Shown piece after piece: positions 17,101-25,114 of a DNA stretch of 25,114 bases (positions within the stretch are counted from its first letter, which is position 1; each line of letters starts with the position of its first letter). Source of the DNA: Candidatus Sysuimicrobiota bacterium (GTDB lineage: Bacteria > Sysuimicrobiota > Sysuimicrobiia > Sysuimicrobiales > Sysuimicrobiaceae); the NCBI GenBank assembly GCA_040289515.1, contig PSLI01000032.1:1-25114 (forward strand), read 5' to 3'. Under the pieces are notes generated by a model. The model was not told where the DNA came from, did no database searches, and saw only the letters and a program-made list of their open reading frames with translations. The translations under genes and the position numbers were made by a program.

Positions 17101-17197
17101 CGAGGAGGAACCGCTCCTCGGGCCGGTGCCCGCCCTGGGCCAGCACACCGAGGCCGTCCTCCGGGAGTTGGGTCTTGCGCAGGAGGGGGAGTCGTGA
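17101..17197 (+). pseudogene. CaiB/BaiF family CoA-transferase, extreme C-terminal fragment
   Basis: GPVPALGQHTEAVLRELG is the typical family III CoA-transferase C-terminal PxLGxHTxxVLxELG motif. Its TGA overlaps the next GTG. Confidence 0.75.
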
Positions 17198-17681
17198 CGG
17201 CAGGTCTGGGACGATTCTACGAGGACTTCCAGGTGGGGGAGGTCTACCACCCTCCCTGGGGCCGAACCGTAACGCAGGCGGACAACGTGTGGTTCAGCCT
17301 GCTGACCCTGGCCACCAACCCCATCCGCTTCGACGCTCCGTACGCGTCCCGCACGGAGTTCGGCCGGCCCCTGGTGAATTCGTGCTTCACCCTCCCCCTG
17401 GTGACCGGGCTGTCCGTGGCGGACCTGTCGCAGAACGCGGTGAACCTGGGCTGGGACCAGGTGTGCCTGCCCCACCCGGTTTTCGAGGAAGACACCCTGT
17501 ACGCCCGCAGCGAGGTGGTGGACAAGCGCGAGTTCCGCTCCCGCCCGGGATGGGCATCGTGCGGTTGAAGACCACCGGGCACAACCAGGACGGCGTGGTG
17601 GTGATCGAGTTCTTCCGCACCATCCTGGTGTACAAGCGGGAGGCCTCGCCCCGCACGTCGTCCGCGTCCGGGGAAGGCTAG
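17194..17681 (+). pseudogene. MaoC-family (hot-dog) enoyl-CoA hydratase, frameshifted
   Basis: GRFYEDFQVGEVY...GRTVTQADN...NPIRFD...NLGWDQV...DTLYARSEV...SRPG, then in another frame GIVRLKTTGHNQDGVVVIEFFRTILVYKR. Frameshift near 17548; the catalytic His of NPxHxD is replaced by Arg. Confidence 0.82.
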
Positions 17682-19402
17682 CCCAGCTCCAGCTCCTCCG
17701 CCAGGGCGCGCGCCGCGGGTGCCAGGACCTCCTCGCCCAGGCTCCACCGCAGGCCCGCGGCCTCAAACAGCGCCCGCAGCGGGCGGGATCCGCCCAGCCG
17801 CAACGCCTCCCGGTAGCGGGCCAGCGCCCGCGCGGGATCCTCCCGCGCCCGCAGCCACAGCTGCAGGGCGCCCAGCTGCGCGATTCCGTACTCGATGTAG
17901 TAGAAGGGGTGCACGAACAGGTGCAGCTGCCGGTGCCACAAGGACGCCTCCGCCTCCTCGTAGCCGGACCAGTCCACCCCGGGTTGGAAACGGCGGAACA
18001 CTTCCACCCACGTACGCCGACGGGCCTCCGGGTCCAGCTCCGGCTGCGCGTACACCCGGTGCTGAAAGGCGTCCACGGTGGCCACCCACGGAAGCAACCG
18101 CACCACCCCCCCGAAGAACTCGCGCCGGGCGCGGCGGCGGTCTTCCGCCTCCGGGTAGAACACGTCCCAGTGCGGGAGGCTTAGGACCTCCATCCCCATG
18201 GAGGCCACCTCGGAGAACTCGGTGGGCGCGTGGCGGTAGCTGAGCAACACTTCCGCGCGCACCGCAAGGGTGTGGAAGGCGTGCCCGGCCTCATGCACCA
18301 GGGTGCGAACGTCCGCGGACAGCCCCGCGGCGTTCATGAAGAGGAAGGGCCACCGCCGCTCGTCGAAGGTAGCCTGGTAGCCCCCGGGCGCCTTGCCCTT
18401 GCGGCTCTCGAGGTCCAGCAAGCCCCGCTCCACCAGGAAGCGGAACTGGGCGCCCAGCTCGGGGTGCAGCCGCTCAAACAGCTCCTGTGCCTTGTGCGCC
18501 AGCTCCCGCCCGTGGGTGAAGGGGCGCAGGGGCGGGCGGCCCTCCGGATCCACCTCCAGATCCCACGGTCTCAACCGCTCCACGCCCAGCCGGCGACGGC
18601 GGTCCTCGTGCAGGGCCGACAGAAGCGGGGTGATGTGCTCCTCCACTGCCGCGTGGAAGCTCAGGCAGTCCTCGGGCGTGTAGTCCCACCGGCCCAGGGC
18701 GCGGAAGGCGTAAGCCCGGTAGTCTGAAAAGCCAGCGTTCTGCGCCATGCGGTGCCGCAGGTGCACCAGCTCGCCGAACAGAGCGTCCAAGCTGTCGCGG
18801 TCCTGCAGCCGCCGCTGTACCACCGCCTCCCACGCGGCCTGCCGGAGGAAGCGGTCCGGTTCCTCCAAGAAGCAGGCCATCTGCGGCAGGGTGTACTCCT
18901 GCCCTCGGAAGCGCACCGTCCACCCGCCCGCCACCTTCTGGTAGCGCTGCTCCAGTTCCGCCTCCTGTACCCGCAGGGGAACGTTCTCCTCCCGGAAAAG
19001 CTCCACCGCGTTTCGGGTGTCCCGGTCCAGGACAAAGTACCGTTCCTCCGGCAGCGGGATCTGGCTCCGCAGCTCCAGGTACCGGCGGCGCAGGCCGAAG
19101 GACAGGGGCTCCGCCCGCGGCTGGATTTCCCGCACGAAGTGCAGATACGCCGCCTCCCGCTCCGGGTCGTCCGTGCGCTGGGTCATGGACACGTAGCGGC
19201 GGGTGCGCTCCTCCGACAGCGCCGCGGCCAGCTCGCTGCAGTCCCCCAGCCACGCCTCCAGCTGCGCGGAGGAGGTCACCGGGCGCTGCAGGAGGGCCCG
19301 GAACAAAGGCTCCACCTGCGCCCAGTCCCCCAGATCCGCGTGGGTGGGCACGAAGCGCCGTTCGGGGACCGTGACGAGATCCTTCCGCGGGCCGCCCGGC
19401 AC
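17678..19402 (-). CDS. M3 family oligoendopeptidase (PepF-like)
   Basis: HEAGH zinc-binding motif, RKGKAPGGY, EVASMGME and HLFVHPFYYIEYGIAQLGALQ; 574 aa. Confidence 0.95.
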   Translation of the reverse strand: MPGGPRKDLVTVPERRFVPTHADLGDWAQVEPLFRALLQRPVTSSAQLEAWLGDCSELAAALSEERTRRYVSMTQRTDDPEREAAYLHFVREIQPRAEPLSFGLRRRYLELRSQIPLPEERYFVLDRDTRNAVELFREENVPLRVQEAELEQRYQKVAGGWTVRFRGQEYTLPQMACFLEEPDRFLRQAAWEAVVQRRLQDRDSLDALFGELVHLRHRMAQNAGFSDYRAYAFRALGRWDYTPEDCLSFHAAVEEHITPLLSALHEDRRRRLGVERLRPWDLEVDPEGRPPLRPFTHGRELAHKAQELFERLHPELGAQFRFLVERGLLDLESRKGKAPGGYQATFDERRWPFLFMNAAGLSADVRTLVHEAGHAFHTLAVRAEVLLSYRHAPTEFSEVASMGMEVLSLPHWDVFYPEAEDRRRARREFFGGVVRLLPWVATVDAFQHRVYAQPELDPEARRRTWVEVFRRFQPGVDWSGYEEAEASLWHRQLHLFVHPFYYIEYGIAQLGALQLWLRAREDPARALARYREALRLGGSRPLRALFEAAGLRWSLGEEVLAPAARALAEELELG

Positions 19403-19406
19403 GTGC

Positions 19407-20483
19407 CTAGGAGGCCTCCACGCGGTTGCCGCCCGCGCGCTTGGCCCGGTACATGGCCTCGTCCGCGGCCCGGATCAGAGCGTCGGGGGTGCTGCCGTCG
19501 TCCGGGGACACCGCCACCCCGAAACTGGCGCTGAGCCTCAGGCCTTCCTCCAGGGATGTTTCCTCGATGCGGCGGCGCAGCCGCTCCGCCACCTGCAGAG
19601 CCGCCAGCTTGGGCGCGTGCGGCAGCACCAGGACGAACTCCTCACCCCCCAGGCGCGCGGGCAGGTCCATGCCCCGGCACGCTTCCGTGGCCATGCGGGC
19701 CACCTGCCGCAGTACCTCGTCCCCGTAGGGGTGGCCGAACAAGTCGTTAACCCGCTTGAACCCATCCAGGTCCAGCAGCACCACCGACAGTGGGAAGGAG
19801 TAGCGGGAGGCCTGCGCCAGCTCCCGCCGAAGGGTCTGGTACAGGGCCCGGTGGTTGGCCAGGCCCGTCAGGGGATCCGTCAGGGCCAGGCGGCTCAGCT
19901 CCGCATCCCGCTCCGCCCGGTGCACGGCCGCCGCGAGCAGCAGGCCGTACGCCTCCAGCAGGCCGCGGGCGTCCTCGGAAAACGCCTCCGGCTCCGTGCT
20001 GGCCACGCTCAACACACCCACGGTCTCACTGAGTTCCGGCCGAAGGGGCAGCGCCAGCTCCGAGCGCACTTGCGGCGCGATCTCCACGTACCGGGGCTCC
20101 CGCTGCACGTCGGGCGCGTAATACGGCCAGCCTGTGTAAGCCACCCACGCCGCCACCCCCTCCCGGCCTACCCGGTAGCGCCGCCGTACCGCCTCGGGGG
20201 GCCATCCCCGGTGCGCCGCGCACCACAGCTCCCGCGCCTCCCGGTCCACCAGGAGCACCGCGCAGATGCGGTACCCGAACACCGTTTGCACCACCGTGAG
20301 GGCCTCCTCCAGCACCCCCTGCAGGTCCATGGGCCGGAGCAGACGCCGTGCGGCCTCCAGAAAGCTCTGCTGAGAGGCCCGGAATCCTCGCCAGGCGGCT
20401 TCGTGCCGCGCGCCAACTCCCGAAGCCGACCCCTCCCGTGGGAGGCGCGCCAGCGGCTCGTGCATGAGGAACACGTTGTGCAT
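19407..20483 (-). CDS. GAF-domain diguanylate cyclase (GAF-GGDEF)
   Basis: GAF domain (GREGVAAWVA...PDVQREPRY...SELALPL), then TDPLTGLAN, DLDGFKRVND, RGMD I-site, GGEEF active site and ADEAMYRAK. Start is ATG 20483 or 20465. Confidence 0.93.
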   Translation of the reverse strand: MHNVFLMHEPLARLPREGSASGVGARHEAAWRGFRASQQSFLEAARRLLRPMDLQGVLEEALTVVQTVFGYRICAVLLVDREARELWCAAHRGWPPEAVRRRYRVGREGVAAWVAYTGWPYYAPDVQREPRYVEIAPQVRSELALPLRPELSETVGVLSVASTEPEAFSEDARGLLEAYGLLLAAAVHRAERDAELSRLALTDPLTGLANHRALYQTLRRELAQASRYSFPLSVVLLDLDGFKRVNDLFGHPYGDEVLRQVARMATEACRGMDLPARLGGEEFVLVLPHAPKLAALQVAERLRRRIEETSLEEGLRLSASFGVAVSPDDGSTPDALIRAADEAMYRAKRAGGNRVEAS

Positions 20484-20527
20484 CTGCAAGACCCCCGCCG
20501 GGGCGAAAGCAGCCCTTTTCGCGTTGG

Positions 20528-20555
20528 ATTCGCAACCCGGGGCAAAACTCCTGCC
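20528..20555 (-). promoter_or_regulatory. Putative sigma-H-like promoter for the GGDEF-M3 peptidase unit
   Basis: Minus strand GGCAGGAGTTTTGCCCCGGGTTGCGAAT, an exact AGGA-N17-GAAT. Confidence 0.55.
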
Positions 20556-20558
20556 GCT

Positions 20559-20587
20559 GGCAGGGTAGACTTGGCTCCGCGGCGAAT
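20559..20587 (+). promoter_or_regulatory. Putative sigma-H-like promoter for the Mo-hydroxylase operon
   Basis: Plus strand GGCAGGG-N18-GAAT (GGCGAATT), 40 nt upstream of the large-subunit ATG. Confidence 0.35.
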
Positions 20588-20627
20588 TCACGGGTCTGTG
20601 CCGAACGATGGCGGTGGAGGAAGGACC

Positions 20628-22967
20628 ATGGCGACCCGGTGGCTCGGCGCTCCCATCAAGCGCAACGAGGACCCTCGGCTGCTGGTGGGGCAAGGCGTCT
20701 TTGTGGACGACGTGCAGCTGCCCGGGATGGTCCACGCCGCCTGCCTGCGCAGCCCCCACGCGCACGCCCGCATCCGCCGCATCGATGTGCGGCGGGCCGC
20801 GGAGCACCCGGAAGTCCTTTTGGTCCTCACCCACGCGGACCTGCCCCCGGCCCTGCGGGAGCCGCTGCCGAAGCTGATTCCCCATCCGGACCTCAAACAC
20901 CACAAGACCCAGTACGCCCTGGCCCCCGACAAGGTGCGGCACGTGGGTGAACCCGTGGCCTTCGTGGTGGCCACCAGCCGCTACGCGGCGGAGGACGCCC
21001 TGGAACTCATCGAGGTGGACTACGAGCCGCTGCCGGCCGTGGTGGACCTGGAGGAGGCCGCCGCGGGCCGGCCTGCCCTCGTGCACGAGGACATCGGCAC
21101 CAACGTGGCCGCCCACTCCATCCAGCGGGTAGGAGATTACGAGGCAGCCCGGGCCCGGGCAGACCTGGTGCTGGCCCGTCGGTTCGTAGTGGACCGCGGG
21201 TGCGCATCCCCCCTGGAGACCCGAGGCGTGGTGGCCCACTGGGATCCCCGGGGGCGCCAGCTGACCGTGTGGGACAGCACGCAGGCCCCCATCCCCATCC
21301 GCAACGGCCTCGCGGTGCTGCTGGGCCTGCCGCAGAAGGACGTACGGGTCATCGCCCCGGACGTGGGCGGCGGGTTCGGCCCCAAGATCATGATGTTCTA
21401 CCCCGAGGAGGTACTGGTGCCCCTGGCCGCCATGCGGTTGGGGCGCCCCGTGAAGTGGATCGAGGACCGCCGGGAGCACTTTGTGGCCACCAACCACGAG
21501 CGAACCCAGATCCACGACGCGGAGATCGCCCTGGACCGTCATGGGCGCATCCTGGGGGTTCGCACGGTGTTTTTGCACGACGCGGGCGCCTACATCCCGT
21601 ACGGTCTCATCGTGCCCATCGTGGCGGAGTGCACCCTGCCCGGCCCTTACCGCGTGCCCAACTACCACGCGGAGTTCCGCGCGGTGTTCACCAACAAGAC
21701 CATCGTGAGTCCCTACCGGGGCGCAGGCCGACCCCACGGGGTGTTCGTGATGGAGCGGCTCCTGGACCTGGCGGCGCGCCAGCTGGGCCTGGACCGCGCG
21801 GAGATCCGGCGCCGCAACTTCATCCAGCCTCATGAGTTTCCCTACGACGTGGGGCTCATCTACCAGGACAACGCGCCCCTGGTGTACGACAGCGGGGACT
21901 ACCCTGCGGCCTTGGAACGAGCCCTGGAGGCAGTGGGCTACGACCGCTGGCCCGAGGAGAAGGCCCGGTATCGGGCCCAGGGGCGGCGCGTGGGGCTGGG
22001 CTTCGCCTGCTACGTGGAGGGGTCGGGTATCGGGCCGTACGAAGGCTGCCGGGTCACGGTGGAGCCCTCCGGGAAGGTGTACGTGGCCACAGGCGTGGGC
22101 ACCCAGGGACAGGGGCACGCCACCTCCCTGGCGCAGGTGGCCGCGGAGGTGCTGGGAGTAAACGTACAGGACGTCCAGGTGACCACGGGCGACACAGGCA
22201 ATTTCTCGTGGGGCACGGGGACCTTCGCCAGCCGGGCTGCGGTGGTGGCGGGCAGCGCGGTGCTTTTGGCCGCGCAGGCGGTGCGACAGAAGGCCCTGCA
22301 GGTGGCCGCATCCCTGCTGGAAGCCAGCCCGGAGGACCTGGAGCTGGTGGACGGACAGGTGCGCGTGCGGGGGAGCCCCGGCCGGCGGGTGAGCTTGGGA
22401 GAGGTGGCCCGCGCGGCAAATCCCCTCCGGGGCGTGATCCCCGCCGAGTGGGAGGGACCCGGCCTGGAGGCCACACGGTACTTCGCGCCGCCCCGCGGCA
22501 CCTTCTCCCATGGGGTCCACGCGGCCCTGGTGGAGGTGGACCCCGAAACGGCCACCCTCCGCTTCCTCAAGTACGTGGTGGTGCACGACTGCGGGGTGGT
22601 GCTCAACCCCGTCATCCTGGACGGCCAGATCCACGGGGGCGTGGCCCAGGGTATCGGCGGAGCCTTCTTCGAGCGCCTGGTGTACGACGAGTCCGGCCAG
22701 CTTTTGTCCGGGTCCTTCATGGACTTCCACATCCCCACCGCTATGGAGATCCCCGACATCGAGGTGCACCACCAGGAGACTCCGTCGCCCCTTAACCCCA
22801 TCGGTGCCAAGGGGGCCGGAGAGGGCGGGGTCATCCCGGTCCCCGCCCTCCTGGCTCAGGCCCTGGAAGACGCCCTGGACGACTTGCAGCTGGAGATCAC
22901 GCAGATGCCCTTGCATCCAGACGCCCTGTTCCAGCTCATCCACCAGGCAACTTGGAGGTCGCCATGA
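20628..22967 (+). CDS. Xanthine oxidase/CoxL-family molybdenum hydroxylase, large (molybdopterin) subunit
   Basis: KRNEDPRLLVGQGVFVDD, RSPHAHARI, DVGGGFGPK, PYRGAGRP, GQGHAT, GTFASR, GQIHGG and KGAGEGG motifs. ATG at 20628 with an upstream SD. Confidence 0.95.
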   Translation: MATRWLGAPIKRNEDPRLLVGQGVFVDDVQLPGMVHAACLRSPHAHARIRRIDVRRAAEHPEVLLVLTHADLPPALREPLPKLIPHPDLKHHKTQYALAPDKVRHVGEPVAFVVATSRYAAEDALELIEVDYEPLPAVVDLEEAAAGRPALVHEDIGTNVAAHSIQRVGDYEAARARADLVLARRFVVDRGCASPLETRGVVAHWDPRGRQLTVWDSTQAPIPIRNGLAVLLGLPQKDVRVIAPDVGGGFGPKIMMFYPEEVLVPLAAMRLGRPVKWIEDRREHFVATNHERTQIHDAEIALDRHGRILGVRTVFLHDAGAYIPYGLIVPIVAECTLPGPYRVPNYHAEFRAVFTNKTIVSPYRGAGRPHGVFVMERLLDLAARQLGLDRAEIRRRNFIQPHEFPYDVGLIYQDNAPLVYDSGDYPAALERALEAVGYDRWPEEKARYRAQGRRVGLGFACYVEGSGIGPYEGCRVTVEPSGKVYVATGVGTQGQGHATSLAQVAAEVLGVNVQDVQVTTGDTGNFSWGTGTFASRAAVVAGSAVLLAAQAVRQKALQVAASLLEASPEDLELVDGQVRVRGSPGRRVSLGEVARAANPLRGVIPAEWEGPGLEATRYFAPPRGTFSHGVHAALVEVDPETATLRFLKYVVVHDCGVVLNPVILDGQIHGGVAQGIGGAFFERLVYDESGQLLSGSFMDFHIPTAMEIPDIEVHHQETPSPLNPIGAKGAGEGGVIPVPALLAQALEDALDDLQLEITQMPLHPDALFQLIHQATWRSP

Positions 22968-23404
22968 AGATCGAGGGAACCCAGACGCTACACGCCCCGC
23001 GGGACCGCGTGTGGGCCCTGCTGAACGACCCGCACGCCCTCGCCAGCTGCACCCCCGGGCTGCAGGAGCTGCGGCCCGTGGGGCCGGAGGAGTTTGAGGC
23101 GGTGCTGTCCATCGGGATCGCCGCGGTGCGGGGCACCTACAAGGGGAGGCTGCGCATCACGGAGCGCACACCGCCGGAGCGGTACGCGGTGCAGGTGGAG
23201 GGCAGCAGCAGCGCGGGCTTCGTGCGGGCCCAGGGCGTGCTGGAGCTGGAGGATCACGGCCCGGAGACGGAAGTGCGGTGGTCGGGAGACGTGCAGGTGG
23301 GCGGGGCCCTGACCATCGGCAGCCGCATGATCCCGGGTATTGCCCGCATGCTGGCCAGCCAGTTCTTCCAGTGCCTGGAGCGCAAGCTGCAGGAGGCGTC
23401 GTGA
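22964..23404 (+). CDS. coxG: CoxG/SRPBCC family accessory protein
   Basis: MKIEG...APRDRVWALLNDP..LASCTPG...GIAAVRGTYKG...GSRMI pattern of CoxG. ATGA overlap with the large-subunit stop. Confidence 0.85.
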   Translation: MKIEGTQTLHAPRDRVWALLNDPHALASCTPGLQELRPVGPEEFEAVLSIGIAAVRGTYKGRLRITERTPPERYAVQVEGSSSAGFVRAQGVLELEDHGPETEVRWSGDVQVGGALTIGSRMIPGIARMLASQFFQCLERKLQEAS

Positions 23405-24282
23405 AACCACCTGTGTTCCAGTACCACGACCCCACCTCCGTGGAGGAGGCGCTGGAGCTTCTGGCCGACCACGCGCCGGAGGCGAAGGTGCTGGCGGGCG
23501 GCCAGAGCCTGCTGCCCCTGCTGAACCTCCGGCTTGCTCGGCCGTCGCGCCTGGTGGACATCAACCGCCTGGACGCCCTGGACTACCTGGTGGAAGACGG
23601 GGGCTGGCTCCGGGTGGGCGCCCGGGTGCGGCAGCGGCGCGTGGAGCGGGACGCGGGGGTGCGGCGGTTCGTTCCGCTGCTGGCGGAGGCGATCCGGTAC
23701 GTGGGGCACCCGCAGATCCGCAACCGCGGGACGGTGTGCGGCAGCCTGGCACACGCGGATCCCGCCGCGGAGCTGCCCGCGGTGGCGGTGGCGCTCGGGG
23801 CGCTTATGGTGGCCCGCAACCGGTTCGGGCTGCGGGAGATCCCCGCGGAGGAGTTCTTCACAGGGCCTTTGAGCTCCGCTTTGCAGCCAGACGAGCTGCT
23901 GGTGGAAGCCCGGTTCCCCCGTAGCCCCACCGGCTGGGGCTGGGCCTTCCTGGAGGTCAGCAACCGCCACGGGGACTATGCCCTGTGCGCGGTCGCTGCG
24001 GGTGTGCGGGTGGAAGCAGATAGCGTCCGCGAGGCGCGGCTGGCCTACGCGGGGGTCGGGCCTGTACCGGTTCGCCTGCGGGAGGCGGAGCTGGCCCTGG
24101 TCCAGGAGGAGAGGCTGGAGGAGGCGTTGCGCGCCGTCGCGGAGGAAGCCCGGCGGGGGCTGCACCCGGAGGGGGACATCCACGCCTCTTCTGCCTTCCG
24201 CCGGCACCTGGCCGCGGTGCTCACCGTGCGCGCTGCGCGGCTAGCCTGGGAGCGGGCGAGGGCGGGAGGTCACCATGCGTGA
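23401..24282 (+). CDS. Molybdenum hydroxylase medium (FAD-binding) subunit, CoxM/CutM family
   Basis: MKPPVFQYHDP, AGGQSLLPLLNLRL, IRNRGTVCGSLAHADPAAELP and DIHAS motifs. GTG start overlaps the coxG stop. Confidence 0.94.
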   Translation: MKPPVFQYHDPTSVEEALELLADHAPEAKVLAGGQSLLPLLNLRLARPSRLVDINRLDALDYLVEDGGWLRVGARVRQRRVERDAGVRRFVPLLAEAIRYVGHPQIRNRGTVCGSLAHADPAAELPAVAVALGALMVARNRFGLREIPAEEFFTGPLSSALQPDELLVEARFPRSPTGWGWAFLEVSNRHGDYALCAVAAGVRVEADSVREARLAYAGVGPVPVRLREAELALVQEERLEEALRAVAEEARRGLHPEGDIHASSAFRRHLAAVLTVRAARLAWERARAGGHHA

Positions 24283-24760
24283 GCCCACACGAACCGTGCA
24301 CCTCGAGGTAAACGGCAGGCCCTACACCCTCACCCTTCCCGTGCGCAAGACGCTGGCGGATGTGCTGCGGGAGGACTTGCACCTCACCGGCACCCACGTC
24401 GGGTGCGAGCAGGGCGTCTGCGGGGCGTGCACCGTGTGGCTGGATGGCGAGCCTGTACGGTCGTGTCTGCTGCTGGCGGTCCAGGCCGACGGCCACTCGG
24501 TGACCACCGTGGAGGCCCTGGGCACCGTGGAATCCCTGCACCCCGTCCAGCAGGCCTTCTGGGACAACCACGGGCTCCAGTGCGGCTTCTGCACCCCGGG
24601 CATCCTCATGACCGTGGTGGCCTTCCTACGGGAGAACCCCCAACCGTCTCGGGAGGAGATCCGGGAGGCTCTTGCGGGCCACCTGTGCCGCTGCACGGGC
24701 TACCACAACATTGTGCGGGCGGTGGAGGACGCCGCGCACCGCCTGGTGTCCCGAACGTGA
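24275..24760 (+). CDS. Molybdenum hydroxylase small (2x[2Fe-2S]) subunit, CoxS/CutS family
   Basis: GCEQGVCGAC...SC and QCGFC...LCRCTGY cysteine motifs. Confidence 0.96.
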   Translation: MREPTRTVHLEVNGRPYTLTLPVRKTLADVLREDLHLTGTHVGCEQGVCGACTVWLDGEPVRSCLLLAVQADGHSVTTVEALGTVESLHPVQQAFWDNHGLQCGFCTPGILMTVVAFLRENPQPSREEIREALAGHLCRCTGYHNIVRAVEDAAHRLVSRT

Positions 24761-24766
24761 GGTCCC

Positions 24767-25114
24767 GTGCGGGTTCTGGCGTACCCACGCTGGCTGAAGA
24801 GGTTGCACCGGCGGGGCGCCCGGGGAGTCGTGGTGAGCTCTTTCCGCCGCAGCGCGTACGTGGTCTTCCCGGAGCACCAGGACGCCGTGGTGGCCGTGGT
24901 GACCCCGGAACTGGGCCGCGGCCCCCTCAGCGTGGTGGTGGAAGCCGGCCCCGGGAAAGAGTTCGTGCCGGGAACGCCGGTGCGGCTGGCCTGCGGGCGG
25001 CTTCAGGTGGGCGGATGCACGTGGGAGCTGCCGCAGGACGCCGCGTGGGATCCCACCCTGCCCCGACGACTGCCCGAGCCCGCGACGGTGCGCCGCTGCT
25101 GCGACTGGCTCCCC
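24767..25114 (+). CDS. DUF2877-like protein (YlbF/YahE/AllH family), N-terminal part, runs off the window edge
   Basis: Open frame from GTG 24767 (GAGGT SD) to the window end: MRVLAYPRW...GVVVSSFRRSAYV...VVTPELGRGPLSVVV...GTPVRL...AAWDP. Resembles the DUF2877 N-terminal pattern. Absent from the ORF track because it has no stop. Confidence 0.6.
   Translation, partial: MRVLAYPRWLKRLHRRGARGVVVSSFRRSAYVVFPEHQDAVVAVVTPELGRGPLSVVVEAGPGKEFVPGTPVRLACGRLQVGGCTWELPQDAAWDPTLPRRLPEPATVRRCCDWLP

Noticed and set aside
16091..17197. 368-aa plus-strand ORF as a novel protein
   Set aside because: It threads through antisense TRAP sequence, the hydro-lyase alpha fragment, off-frame beta and acyl-CoA dehydrogenase sequence, and the CoA-transferase tail. 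It is an artefact of the collapsed relic.
17540..17570. Programmed frameshift in the MaoC gene
   Set aside because: No slippery heptamer, the catalytic His is lost and the neighbours are decayed. Pseudogenisation (or a sequencing error) is more likely.
19203..22967. Mutually antisense giant ORFs (1254 aa + and 1178 aa -) suggesting fusion proteins
   Set aside because: They are the in-register antisense shadows of the GGDEF gene and the Mo-hydroxylase large subunit. High-GC genes rarely use TTA/CTA/TCA, so the reverse frame stays open. The real starts and promoter motifs lie in 20465-20628.
20628..24760. Aerobic carbon monoxide dehydrogenase (coxLMS) call
   Set aside because: The active-site loop is PYRGAGR, not AYRCSFR. 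Gene order is not M-S-L and no coxDEF is in view.
1..25114. CRISPR array, tRNA/rRNA, IS element or prophage
   Set aside because: No regularly spaced repeats, cloverleaf or rRNA motifs, or transposase/integrase/phage motifs were seen by eye. Nearly all sequence is accounted for by the listed genes.

Overview
High-GC bacterial chromosomal window with three parts. (1) 1-15.7 kb, minus strand: a tightly coupled division/cell-wall (dcw) operon, mraZ-rsmH-ftsL-ftsI-murE-murF-mraY-murD-ftsW-murG-murC-murB-ftsQ-ftsA-ftsZ (ftsZ partial; no ddl in the window). It has phased MraZ boxes, a strongly divergent MurD and a ~155-nt long-stem structure between mraZ and rsmH. (2) 15.9-17.7 kb: a collapsed relic of seven gene fragments (ICL/PEP-mutase-family lyase, TRAP permease, Fe-S hydro-lyase alpha and beta, acyl-CoA dehydrogenase, CaiB-type CoA-transferase, MaoC hydratase), probably a decayed dicarboxylate catabolic locus. 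(3) 17.7-25.1 kb: a GAF-GGDEF diguanylate cyclase and M3 oligoendopeptidase (minus), divergent from a xanthine-oxidase-family molybdenum hydroxylase cluster (L-G-M-S, not form I CO dehydrogenase), followed by a partial DUF2877-like gene. Sigma-H-like promoter motifs precede ftsA and both divergent units. No rRNA, tRNA, CRISPR array or transposase was seen. All calls come from motif recognition by eye, without database searches.
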